Positions 1 through 10,902 of a stretch of DNA of 64,000 nucleotides are shown one piece after another (positions within the stretch are counted from its first letter, which is position 1; every line of letters begins with the position of its first letter). Under the pieces are notes generated by a model, which worked only from the letters and a program-made list of their open reading frames with translations, was not told where the DNA came from and did not search any database. Origin of the DNA: Octopus vulgaris (Eukaryota); the NCBI GenBank assembly GCA_951406725.2, contig OX597831.1:33418001-33482000 (forward strand). The letters run 5' to 3'. A program made the position numbers and the translations under genes.

Positions 1-201
1 AGAAGTGTTAACACACTGAACAAAATGCTTAGCAGCATTTTTTTTCAGCTTTACGTTCTGTGTTCAAATTCTGCCACGGTCAACTTTACCTTTCATCCTT
101 TTGGAGTCAATAAAATAAGTACCAGTTGCGTACTGGGGAAATCAACTTACCTGTTCCCCTGAAATTGCTGACCTTGTGCCAAACTGAAACTATTATTATA
201 A

Positions 202-415
202 GGTGACAAGCTGGCAGAGACATTAGCACGCCAGGTGAAATGCTTAGCGCTATTTCGTCTGTTGCTATGTTCCGTGTTCAAATTCCACTGAGGTCGACTT
301 TGCCTTTCATCCTTTTGGGGTCGATAAATTAAATACCAGTTGTGTACTGGGGTTGATCTAATCGACTGGCCCCTCCTCCCAAAAATTTCAGGCCTTGTGC
401 CTAGAGTAGAAAAGA
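202..415 (+). mobile_element. tRNA-derived SINE, family A (representative; many more full or partial copies, e.g. 2013-2212, 56144-56360, 60726-60942, 61326-61550 on +, and 21070-21292, 34150-34390, 42770-42998, 62455-62667 on -)
   Basis: Recurrent consensus GGCGAGCTGGCAGAA..GTTAGCACGCCGGGCGAAATGCTTAG..GTTCAAATTCCGCCGAGGTCGACTTTGCCTTTCATCCTTTCGGGGTCGATAAATTAAGTACCAG with A-box-like and B-box-like motifs and an (ATT)n or A-rich tail. The central part resembles my recollection of the MetaSINE domain (unverified). Confidence 0.85.
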
Positions 416-3400
416 TTATTATTATTATGGTGGCGAGTTGACAGAATCATTAACATGCCAAACAAAACAGTGACATTTCTTCTGGCTCTTTACATTCTAA
501 GTTCAAATTATGCCAAAATTACCTTTGCCTTTCATGCTTTCAGGGGGTCAATAAAATAAAGTACCAGCCAAATACTGGGGTCATTGTAATCAACATTCCC
601 CCCTCCCCTAAAACTGCTGGCTTTGTACCTAAATTTGAAACATTATTAGCATACTTGAGTTAAAATCTTGTCATGGTCACTTTTACTTTTTTGTCCTTCC
701 AGGATCATTAAAACAAGGTACCAGTCAAGTAAATGGGGTCAACGTAATGAGCTCCTTCGCTCCTCTTAAAACTGCTGACCTTACACCTAAACCAGAAGCA
801 ATTATCATCTTTGTCTTTCATCTTTTTGGGGCCTCTAAAATAAGGAACCAATCCAAGTATTAGGAGACCCCTCTCCTCAAAACTGACTTAACTAAATTAA
901 GAATTATTATTATTATCAAGAGCAGTGGCCTGACAGAATCATTGAGCATCAGACAATATGCTATGTAATATTTGTTTCAGCTCTTTATGTTCTGGGTTCA
1001 AACCCCACTGTGGTCAACTTTGCCTTTCATTCTTTTTTGTGTTGACAAAAATTACCAGTGATGTACTGGGGTCCAATTAATCAACTTCTCCACCCAGATT
1101 TCCGGTCTTGTGCTTGTCTTAGAAACAGTCATTGTTGGCAGCGGTAAGAAACTGTCAAAGGAGCTAAATGGCAGAAGTTGTCAGAAGAAACCATCTTCAC
1201 TCAAGTATTTTGGCCCTTAATTTTTTACACTCTAAAGCAGGGGTTGGGTCACATCCAGGTTATGGCTCCTGGGTGCCCTTCTGCTGACACTTTTTAGCCA
1301 CTTGGATATTGGAGGCTTGGGCATTTAAACACCACTTGGGGATTTCATCTATTTGCAATTCCTCTCTGCTGACTCAGCTTTCAAACTTAAAGAAGAATTG
1401 TTAACATGTAAAGAAAATGCTGAACCCTTTTGATACCAACCCAGTTGAAACCACCTCTGATGACTCTGTAGTACAAATGTCTTGTTTTCAAAAGTTCTGA
1501 ATTAAAATCTTCCACCAAACCTTTTATCGACCCTGCAAAGATGAAAAGCAAAGTACCAGTCACATATTGGGGTCAATGTAATTGACTTGCATTTTCACTG
1601 TGAAAATTGCTAGCCTTGGGCCAAAATTAGAAATAAAATTATTACTATTAGAGAGTAGGGTTGGATGATGGAACTGGTAGAGAATCAGATAAAAATGTCT
1701 GTGTTTAATAGTGCCCCTTAAATTCTGAAGTTGACTTTTCCTTTTTGTCAGTAAGTCAGTCATTTACAGGGGTCGGTTAAATCACTCATACCCTTGGCAC
1801 AATACCAGTCACTTTGTGGCTAAGTTAGAAACTGTGGTTGTTATGAGATTGTGATAGAAGCAGTGGAATTTGGAGCTAAATGATGTTTTTACAGTACATA
1901 ACTTATATTTGATGGCATGAAAGATGCACCTCAATAAGTACCAGTGATTTACTAGTCAGTTTAATCATCTGTTGCCCTACTAACCCTGAATTAATGTGAC
2001 AATATTGTCATAAGGGCAGCGTGCTGGCAGAACTGTTAGCACACCGGGTGAAATACTTTGTGGTATTTCGTCTGTCTTTACGTTCTGCGTTCAAATTCTG
2101 CTGAGGTCGACTTTACCTTTCATCCTTCTGAGGTCGATGTAATCAACTTAATGCCTTTGTCTGTCCTTGTTTGTCCCCTCTATGCTTAGCCCCTTGTGGG
2201 CAATAAAGAAAAAAAATTGTCATTAGCGTTAGGGTGGTGGAGAGATTATAAACTGTAGAGAGTCAGTATTTAGTTGTTTCTTTACATTGCGAGTTCAAAT
2301 CTTACTGATGTTGCTTTAATGTTCTTGGCTTGATTCAATGCCCCCTCCTTTCTCTGAAAATGTGAGTCCTTTATGCTAATTAATATAAGAAATTAGAAGA
2401 ATCTTTTGTGTTGGATAGAAAGCCTCGCAGTATTTGTTCCCACTGTTTGTGCTCTGCTGAGTTCAAATCTCACTGAAGAAATCAACCTTATCTTTCAGTC
2501 CACTCTAAAGTTGTCGGTGTTAGGAAGGGCCTTCAGCTGTAGAAACCATGCCAGCGAAGACACTGGAGCTCAGTATTGCCCTCTGGTTTATTGGTTGCTG
2601 TTGAGCGTAGCGGTCTTCGTCCAGTGGGAGAAGTCCGAAACGTGGTCCTTTGCTATTCATAAGACCTGCAGGTCAACCCCCGACACCGAGAGCATGGACG
2701 GATGGATGAATGTGCATCCAGGCTCAGCGGTTGTGTAGGAAGTCGGGGACAAGAAACAGGGAGAAAGTTGAAGTGAAAGAGTACAACAGGGGTCACCACC
2801 ACCCCCTGCCGGAGCCTTGTGGAGCTTTAGGTGTTTTCGCTCAATAAACACACACAACGCCCGGTCTGGGAATCGAAACCGCGAGACCATTGCCCTAACC
2901 ATTGGGCCTCCTTGCTGTTGATCTATCCAACCCATGCCAGCATGGAAAAAAAGGACAATAAATGATTGGCTGGTAGAGAGATAGAAGACTGATGCCAGAG
3001 TTGACCTTTCATTAAAACTAAAGTTGATAAACCCATATAAACAAGTTTACTGTTTTACCTGGTGAAAATGATTTATGATAATCATTACTTAGGTGAGAAA
3101 CAGGTGGTAGAGTGGTAGGAAAAATGTACAGCATTTGACTAGATGTACTCTTTCATTCCTTAAGTTGTGAGTTTAAATATCACTTCGATTGATTTCTCTT
3201 TCCATGGACCAATGATGGACTTACTGTACTGTTAATTGGCTTGCTACAAATAGCAGCCAAATCTCTCTCAAATCACATACTGTTGTTATAAAACAAGGAC
3301 ACATTGGATAAGGCAGTGCAAGATCAATGATGCTAAACCCTTGTAACTCGGCACATTTTAATGATATTGTAGGTTTTTACTTTTTTCATTAAAAAAAAAC

Positions 3401-4051
3401 ACGTCTATTTGTCAACTAAAATCCTGCACTATCATTGCTTTTAGATATGCGAAAATAAAATACAGGGTGGGGCAAAAATATCCTCCTACATTTTACAGGC
3501 TGACAAACATTTCAACATCAAAGGTACAAGGGCACCATTGCCATCTGCCTAACTTCACTTGTGCCACACCTATGGCTCTATAAAACGGGATTTTTTTTTC
3601 TTTTTATGCTGCTCCTTGTAAAAGCAGGATGGCTAAAGCTGGAATGTCTTTGAATATAGATCTGTTTCACCTGAGGAATGTTCCCCTTTAAGTGTCAGGT
3701 ACTTTCTGCGATTTAATTCAGTCCACTATATCCTCTCCCTACCACACATTTGTGGGTCTCTTAGAAATCACTTTTTAGAGTGAGCCTGGCATAATAGGGG
3801 GGGTGGGGGGTCAACTTCCCAGTAAATTGAATTTGCAATTTGGGTTTCAATTTTTATTTGAAGCTATTTCACTTTAGGTAAAGTATGACAGTTACTAAGT
3901 CACATTTTCTTTCTTTCTTAAAAATTTGCAGGTTAAGGACTTTAGTCAAAGGATGATAAATAAATAATTATTATGCCAGACAATGTAGTTTAAGGGTTTA
4001 AGTTCTCAAAGAGCTGAACTAAACTAGGTCTTTTTTTTTCTATTCCCTAGT

Positions 4052-4121
4052 GAGTTCATGGTGTAGTGGTTATCACACCTGCTTAATGTACAGAAGCTCA
4101 GTTCAAAACTTACTAGAACCT
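4052..4121 (+). pseudogene. Degenerate tRNA-Val-like sequence, copy 1
   Basis: GTTCATGGTGTAGTGGTTATCACACCTGC..CAGAAG..GTTCAAAAC..AGAACC matches the tRNA-Val D-arm and ends, but the anticodon arm and T-arm are disrupted. Confidence 0.6.
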
Positions 4122-5095
4122 ATGACTTTAGTGCAGAATTTTTAATGGTGGTGCCCCAGCATGGCCACATCCTTTGGGCAGAAGCACGTAAAAGAAATAA
4201 AGTTTTAGTGGTTGTGTCTTTGGGAAGTTTACGACTCAGTTATCCAATTCTATAACTTCAAGTCTTTCAGAAGAAATTGGACAGCTGAGGCAGAGATGGA
4301 AGGGACCCAGGTTTAAAAGCTTTGCAATGCTTAGTTACAATTCCACAAGCATCAACTTGTCTTTCATTCCGCTTTGAGTGATAAATTAATACCAGTTATG
4401 ATCTGGTAACCAAATTAACCACACACCACTCCTCTTTTACAAAAACATACTTTTGTGCGAATGTAATTTCTGTTAATATTAAGGCAGCAAGTTGACTAAC
4501 CCCTGCTTCTCTCAAAACTGCTGGCTGTGTATCCAAATTCATAAATTATGAATCTACTAGGGCTGACTTTGCTTGTCATTCCTTTAAAGGAATGACAAGC
4601 AAAGTACCAGTAAAATTCTGGGGTCAGCTTGAGCTACTTAAGAAGTCTAGAAAATTTTGACTTTGTGTCTGTGTAAGCATCACCATCATAATCAGTTGAC
4701 GTTCCTGTAATTAAGTGTCCTCCTTCACAATAAAGTATTGATCCAGGTCTCTTGTAAAAAATATACATAAATTCTATACAAACTTAGAAAATAAATTTTT
4801 ATTCAAATATTGCTGAAAGTTGTTAAATTTTTTTTTGTCTTTTTACCTCGTCTTTATCTTTGTCTACCCACTACCTAACCACCCAGTTTAACAGCTATCT
4901 ACCCATCCAATCCAATATACATCTACCCATAGATCCAGTTCAACAGATATTTACTATCAGCTCACCGACCTATCTTGTCCAACAGCAATCTACTGACAAT
5001 TGTAAGCATTTCAAGATACTGAGAGAACCTGTGCCTGGTTACTTGACCTGCTAAAATAGCAGCCAGTTAGTGATCTCCAGTGAATCACTATACTA

Positions 5096-5600
5096 CAAGG
5101 TGTGTAAGGTATTTGAGGACATACCTTTTGGGGAGTTATTGCTGCATTTTTGCTAAATCTCTATAATTTTTGTTTCAGAAAATAATAATGGCCAACCCTC
5201 AGCTTACTCAAGAAATGAAGAGGCTTGCTGTTATTGTGGTTATAAAGGCTGAGCATAGCGATTTAGAAATATCTCGATTTTTAAAAGTTGCCAGATCTTT
5301 CATCTACGAAGTTTGTAAGGAGTTACAGACTGAAGATGGAAATGTATCACCAGTATCAAAACATAAAAAGCATTCTAAACACTCTTAAATCATCAGAACA
5401 CCTGAATTTATCCAGCAAATTCAACAGACCATTGATTACAATCCCAGAAAGTCCTTGAGGTCACTTGCAAAAGATCTCCATCAGTCAGAAATGTTGTCCA
5501 CGAAGACAGATATGTTTTATATGAGGAAAGGTCATTTTGTAAGAAAAAGCAAACAAAAATCACTACATCAGATCTAAAAGGCTCTTAACAAACTGAAAAA
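5096..5600 (+). mobile_element. Tc1/mariner (DD37D/maT-like) transposase N-terminal remnant
   Basis: Translation MANPQLTQEMKRLAVIVVIKAEHSDLEISRFLKVARSFIYEV..*IIRTPEFIQQIQQTIDYNPRKSLRSLAKDL resembles the paired HTH region of this family; contains an in-frame stop and is truncated. Confidence 0.7.
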
Positions 5601-5681
5601 CTTAACCCTTAAACTGTAGTTCAAGGGTTAAGTTCTCAAAGAGCTGAACTAAACTAGGTCTTTTTTTTTCTATTCCCTAGT

Positions 5682-5751
5682 GAGTTCATGGCGTAGTGGT
5701 TATCACACCTGCTTAATGTACAGAAGCTCAGTTCAAAACTTACTAGAACCT
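5682..5751 (+). pseudogene. Degenerate tRNA-Val-like sequence, copy 2 (inside a local duplication)
   Basis: Near-identical to 4052-4121, offset by 1630 bp. Confidence 0.6.
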
Positions 5752-5929
5752 ATGACTTTAGTGCAGAATTTTTAATGGTGATGCCCCAGCAAGGCCACAT
5801 CCTTTGGGCAGAAGCACATAAAAGAAATAAAGTTTTAGATTTCTATTGCTTTGCTTCACTTCAGTTGGAATCACCAATGTCCGCTCAACGATTATCCAGA
5901 GATGTTTTTTAAAATGAAAATATCTGAAA

Positions 5930-6170
5930 TAAACTTGAATGCTCTCACAAACGAGAATACTAAAAATGAACCTGGCCACTCCCAGCAATTAAGTAAAAAA
6001 ACTGCAAAAATCCCAAAATCTAATAAGTTTGTGTCAGTCACAAGGCCAAACATCCCTGAAAGTTTCATCCAAATCCGTTCAGTGGTTCTTGAGACATCTT
6101 GTTCACGGACAAACAAACAAACCCGACTGAAAACAATACCTCCGCCTTTGCTAAGGCAAAGGCAATAAAG
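5930..6170 (-). mobile_element. Non-autonomous Helentron/HINE-like element
   Basis: Terminal hairpin GCCTTTGCCTTAGCAAAGGC, then (GTTT)n and CGGATTTGGATGAAACTTTC, an organisation typical of DINE-1/HINE-like elements. Confidence 0.45.
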
Positions 6171-6357
6171 TAAAATAATCACCACTTGGGTATTAATACT
6201 ACCTCTGTTGCTCTATTTATCTTTTATGAATAAATAAATAAGTCACATTATGTTTTATCATGCAGAGTTTGCTTGCTCTATGTCTGTTTTTCCATGCTAG
6301 CATGAGTTAAATCTTGTTCTCAACCGAGGTTCACATGGCCCTTACAGGTTCATTTAA

Positions 6358-6990
6358 GATCATCATCATCATCATCGTTTAACGTCCGCTTTCCATGCTA
6401 GCATGGGTTGGACGATTTGACTGAGGTCTGGCAAACCGGATAGCTGCACCAGGCTCCAATCTTGATCTGGCAGAGTTTCTACAGCTGGATGCCCTTCCTA
6501 ACGCCAACCATTCCGAGAGTGTAGTGGGTGCATTTTACGTGCCACCTGCACGGAGGCCGGTCAGGCAGTATTGGCAATGACCTTGCTCGAATCTTTTTAC
6601 ACATGCCACCGGCACAGGTGCCAGTAAGGTGACGCTGGTAATGATCACGCACAAATGGTGCCCTCTGGCAACAATTACGCTCGGATGGTGCTCTTGGCAC
6701 CCTACTAGCATGGGCACAAGTGACAGTAAGGCGACGCTGGTAACGATCACACTCGAATGGTGCCTTTTATGTGCCACTGGCACGGAAGCCGGTTAGCCAC
6801 TCTGTCAATGATCACACTCATATGGTGTTCTTTGCACCCCGCTAGCACAGATGCCAGTCATTGAATTTGATTTTGATTTCACTTGCCTTAACAGGTCTTC
6901 GCAAGCAGAGTTTAGTGTCCAAAGAAGGAAAAGGTATGCATAAGCGGGCTGGCATAGGCCACGGGTTATGGTTTCATTTGGCTTGCCTGT
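6358..6990 (-). mobile_element. RTE LINE 3' UTR fragment with (GAT)n tail (other tails at 29903-30010, 47285-47556, 49232-49360, 57138-57291, 63635-63908)
   Basis: Shares GGTTGGCGTTAGGAAGGGCATCCAGCTGTAGAAAC..CCAACCCATGCTAGCATGGAAAGCGGACGTTAAAC(GAT)n with the ORF-bearing RTE copy at 43971-45113. Confidence 0.85.
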
Positions 6991-7184
6991 TAAAATCTAT
7001 GTGCAAGAAATTGTTTATACTTCTACAATACATAACATATTTAAACATCTTTTCATACAATTCCTAATAATATTTAATCATGAAATAGTTTTCAGACATT
7101 GAATGGCTATGTGGGCTCCACCCTGAGTGAAATAGGGACAATAGGCAAAAAAAATGGTGAGAATCACTGGGTTAAATGAGTGCA

Positions 7185-7625
7185 TATAATTGAAGCCCAC
7201 AGTGGAGATCTCCTCCCACATCTGGAATGGAACTGCTGCTATGCACATAGTTATCTTCGACTACATCCAGACAAGAGCCACTCAAATAATTGGCATAAAA
7301 TCACTCACGGATACACTCCATCCCCTGGTCTCCACTCAAGTTTTTCTGTCACTTTTATAATAGTTTTTAATCCTTGGAAACAGCTGGTTTTCTATCTCCA
7401 CCACTCTGGCACTTCTGTCCCACTTGCCTATGCACTTCATCTTTGTTGCACCCAATCCTACCATGTCCCACACTAATTGCTCTGCCCAGTCCTTTCTCCT
7501 CAGAATATCACTCCGTCCCAATGACCGGCAGCAGCTTAAACTGAACATTATCAACATCAATCTCACTGATCTTGGAGAGCCTGCAAAGGTCATGAGTACT
7601 GCCCCTTCCTTCAGTTCCAGTAAGT
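7185..7625 (+). mobile_element. CR1-like LINE ORF2 C-terminal remnant (similar remnant at about 52130-52400)
   Basis: One frame reads LKPTVEISSHIWNGTAAMHIVIFDYIQTRATQIIG, resembling the post-RT motif RPxxEYCSHxW..LDRIQxRA of CR1-clade LINEs. Confidence 0.55.
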
Positions 7626-8127
7626 AAGAAAAACAAAACATTCCAGCATTCTAGTAATGTAACATCTTCACAACAGCTATTAGAAATTTATAACCAATAG
7701 TATGTGGCTCCATTTACTTAACTACTAGAGGAGGAACCAGTCACAATAACACCATGTAAACAAGATCTAGTATATATGTTATTGGATATTATTGTATTGA
7801 TATATAAATGGATTAAATATGACAAAAAGAAAATCAACAAAGAACTAAAGAAAAGGAGAATTAACAAACAAGAATCGTAGGAATATAAGAACACTAGAAA
7901 TACATAAAGTAAGAAAAGAATAAATGTTAATGATAGAATTTCTGAAGAATTCAACAGATAAATAAAAAGATTTTTGTTTTAATATCAAACAAAAAATACA
8001 GGGTGTCTCGTGATGAAGGGGCACATACTTTGGTCATATATTATAGACTTTTGTTTGGTAATTGCACATGTTTTAGTCTTGGATACTTGCGTTTCAAATG
8101 TGTCCCTTTATTAACAGACAACTCATA

Positions 8128-8421
8128 TGGATACTACTAGCGAACAGTGGTCCCGGTGCGTGCACTCGTGCATCCGCGCTAGCTAGTCATAAGTAGTCGA
8201 TCCTTCAACGACTTGCGCGTATGTTTGTATTTCAAGGTTGAATACATATCAAAGAAAATTAAATAATATTTTTCGAACAAAGTAAATAATTTTTGAAACT
8301 AAGTAAATAAATTATTTTTATAAACAAAGGTTAGGGTTAAAAAGTCGTTGTAGGATCGACTACTTACGACTAGCTAGCGCGGATGCGCGCACCGGGACCA
8401 CTGTTCGCTAGTAGTACCCCC
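8128..8421. mobile_element. MITE with about 80-bp terminal inverted repeats
   Basis: Left arm TACTACTAGCGAACAGTGGTCCCGGTGCG..GCATCCGCGCTAGCTAGTCATAAGTAGTCGATCCTTCAACGACTT is the near-exact reverse complement of the right arm (about 8342-8420); TA dinucleotides flank the element. Confidence 0.85.
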
Positions 8422-8474
8422 ATACGTAACAAAGTTTCAGTCATACCATTATAAATGTTTTATAACTAAACATT

Positions 8475-9740
8475 TTACTTTTGTTGTTGGTTCCCAGGTT
8501 CTTCAAATCCGAGGACAATTCTATCCAATCTAGATTGGTACTGGTTTCTGTGTTTGTAGTCAAGCCATAGTTTCCTTCGCATCAATGGATTATTATTATT
8601 GGAGCGTTTCTTTTTCTGTAATTGCCTTTTCCCACCATAGTACAACTGCGAAAAATCCAAGTCAATGTTTGCTGGAGGAGCATCCAAAATTTTTCCGTCT
8701 GAAGGTGAAGCAATAACATTTGGAAAATATTCTCTTTCATTTCGGAATTCCACAAGATGCATATTCATCCGGTTTGCAAGTTCTTGGTGTGTTTCCTGTT
8801 TCAACAAACCGTCAAAGAAGGCTTTGGTCATACACTGTGTATTTTTAGAGTGACTATCTACCTTGGCGTACATATTTTCAATTCCGATAACTTGGCAAAT
8901 AGTTTTCAGAACTCGGTGACACGTTAAACCGAAGCCTTTGGGTCTTTTTTTAGCGAAAATTTTCACTGCGTAATACTGGCAAAATATATTATGCCATAGT
9001 GTGTGATCCTCGAATCGTTCAATATACTGTAATCGCAGGGCAGCCTTATTTTTCGCTTTCCTAAGAGCGTCCTTAGCTGAAGCCGATCTACCTTTAGCAA
9101 ACCCGGCAAGACCGTTTTTGTTTCCAGTCACAACAAATGCACTGTAGCTTCGTTTTCGTCCCAGAGTTGCTGTCATATTGGCTACGGTTTTAAGCTCTAA
9201 TACTCTCGTATCGAAACCTTCAAATGTAAAATCGTCTAAAGGATCTGGAGGTCCTATACTCATACCGGGCATCCGTCTCCCCGTCCATCCACGTTGCAAA
9301 GCAGGAATTTTTAAATGACGAGATCTTTGAAAACGGTCCCTTACTTTCTGTATCTGTTCCTTTCTGTCGGGATTGTGTGGTAAACTTTCAACGTTCAACA
9401 GTTTTTTACCTTTCATGACGGGGGCATTGAGTCCGGGCCAAACCATCTGCTGTTGACCATCGCCGAGAATTTGACCGATGTGTAGATCCACTTTTCTTTT
9501 CCGGCCACGACCTCTACCTTTCTTCCTACCAGCATTACTTACACCACCGACACTCTCCCAGAGACGATCAGCAGGAAGACGTTTGAAAAAAGAAGAGAAA
9601 CGGATATCAGTAAGGTTTGCTAGGATAGGCAAATATCTTGCGCTTTGCAGTAGTGGTAATATCGAAGGGCTGTGACATGTTTGTAAAGGACGTAAAACAG
9701 AAAACGAAGTACGTACCGCACACAGCATGGCCGACGCCAT
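8475..9740 (-). CDS. MRPS5: 28S mitochondrial ribosomal protein S5 (uS5m), single-exon 421-aa ORF
   Basis: Basic, S/L/R-rich presequence; GRKKGRG; GWTG..GPPDP..FEGFDTRVLE; S5 N-domain GRKRSYSAFVVTGNKNGLAGFAKG; S5 C-domain GFGLTCHRVLKTICQVIGIENMYAKV. No stops or introns. Confidence 0.96.
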   Translation of the reverse strand: MASAMLCAVRTSFSVLRPLQTCHSPSILPLLQSARYLPILANLTDIRFSSFFKRLPADRLWESVGGVSNAGRKKGRGRGRKRKVDLHIGQILGDGQQQMVWPGLNAPVMKGKKLLNVESLPHNPDRKEQIQKVRDRFQRSRHLKIPALQRGWTGRRMPGMSIGPPDPLDDFTFEGFDTRVLELKTVANMTATLGRKRSYSAFVVTGNKNGLAGFAKGRSASAKDALRKAKNKAALRLQYIERFEDHTLWHNIFCQYYAVKIFAKKRPKGFGLTCHRVLKTICQVIGIENMYAKVDSHSKNTQCMTKAFFDGLLKQETHQELANRMNMHLVEFRNEREYFPNVIASPSDGKILDAPPANIDLDFSQLYYGGKRQLQKKKRSNNNNPLMRRKLWLDYKHRNQYQSRLDRIVLGFEEPGNQQQK

Positions 9741-9743
9741 CTT
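9735..9743 (-). promoter_or_regulatory. YY1-like motif overlapping the MRPS5 start codon
   Basis: Minus strand reads AAGATGGCG across the ATG, in a locally CpG-retaining region. Function is not shown by the sequence. Confidence 0.35.
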
Positions 9744-10053
9744 TAAAACAGGAGAGCGAAGTGATGAAATAGAGTGATCTCCCCGTGCATAATTATTATT
9801 GTGTCATGTGGTTGTCCTTGGGAATAAGAAAAACATTTAAGTGTATCGTCGTCGTTAAGGGAGGAGTGAGTGTAGAATCTAGTTTCGATTCCTAGTCGGT
9901 TCTGATTTATTCCGTTTACAGCTCTGAAAACCTTAGGAAAAGTCATAAACATCACAAGGCCTTTCTTATTCATATTCCACCTCGTAAAATTTTCATATTT
10001 CAAACCAATTTAAATAATGTTATTTGCCCTTGGAAACTTGACCTTTTCGTTCC

Positions 10054-10591
10054 GGCATAACTACAGATACGTGCCCATCCACCTGCCAATTTTTTTTCTT
10101 TATAACTTTGAAGAAAAATGTAGATATTTTTCATTGAAATTTTCTAGAGATGCATTTTATATAGTGCAGATTAGGGTTATATTAGAATTTGTTATGATTA
10201 TTTATTTTTTTTTAGAGTGAAATTTCGGATAATTCTCACATCACGATTTGCTTCCTTATAGCTTTCAGAAAAATGTGTATTTTTCAATAAATTTATCTAC
10301 GAAAATACGTTTCAAATCGCGCAGATTATGATTATACCAGAATTTGATGTGAAAGAAAAACGAAAAAAATATTGTGTGTGTATGGGGCGGGGATAATTCA
10401 TACATCTCGCTTTCGATGAGGTGTATGAATTATCCGCCCCCACCATTTTATTTTTTCATTAAATTTTGATAAAAATCGTAATATACACTATCTGAAATGT
10501 GTTTACCCAAAATTTTACAAAAAGCTATCCATTTTTCAGAAAGTTATGAGGAAACAAAGTCGGTGGAAGGGTACACATCTGTAGCAATGCC
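10054..10591. mobile_element. Fold-back MITE with internally repeated subunits (related copy at about 17270-17761)
   Basis: Termini GGCATAACTACAGATACGTGCCC and GGGTACACATCTGTAGCAATGCC, with imperfect inverted subterminal blocks. Confidence 0.6.
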
Positions 10592-10852
10592 TTTAATTTT
10601 CTCTGTTTACGTTCATAGCTCACTGTTATTAATGCTAAATGGCTATTGTATATATGAGCAGAGGCATACTGTAAGTGTGTGCTACTCGGAGGAAAGTCTT
10701 AACTTTATTAAATTTCACAATAACGGCTTTGAAATATAAAAATAAGAATATCTAGAAGTATTTTTTAAGAGCACTAAAGAATCGCTGTGTTGTCCTAACA
10801 CCTGGGTAATAGAAAAGAAGCCATGATACAGAAGTAACTACTCCAACACATA

Positions 10853-10900
<48 letters not shown>

Positions 10901-10902
<2 letters not shown>

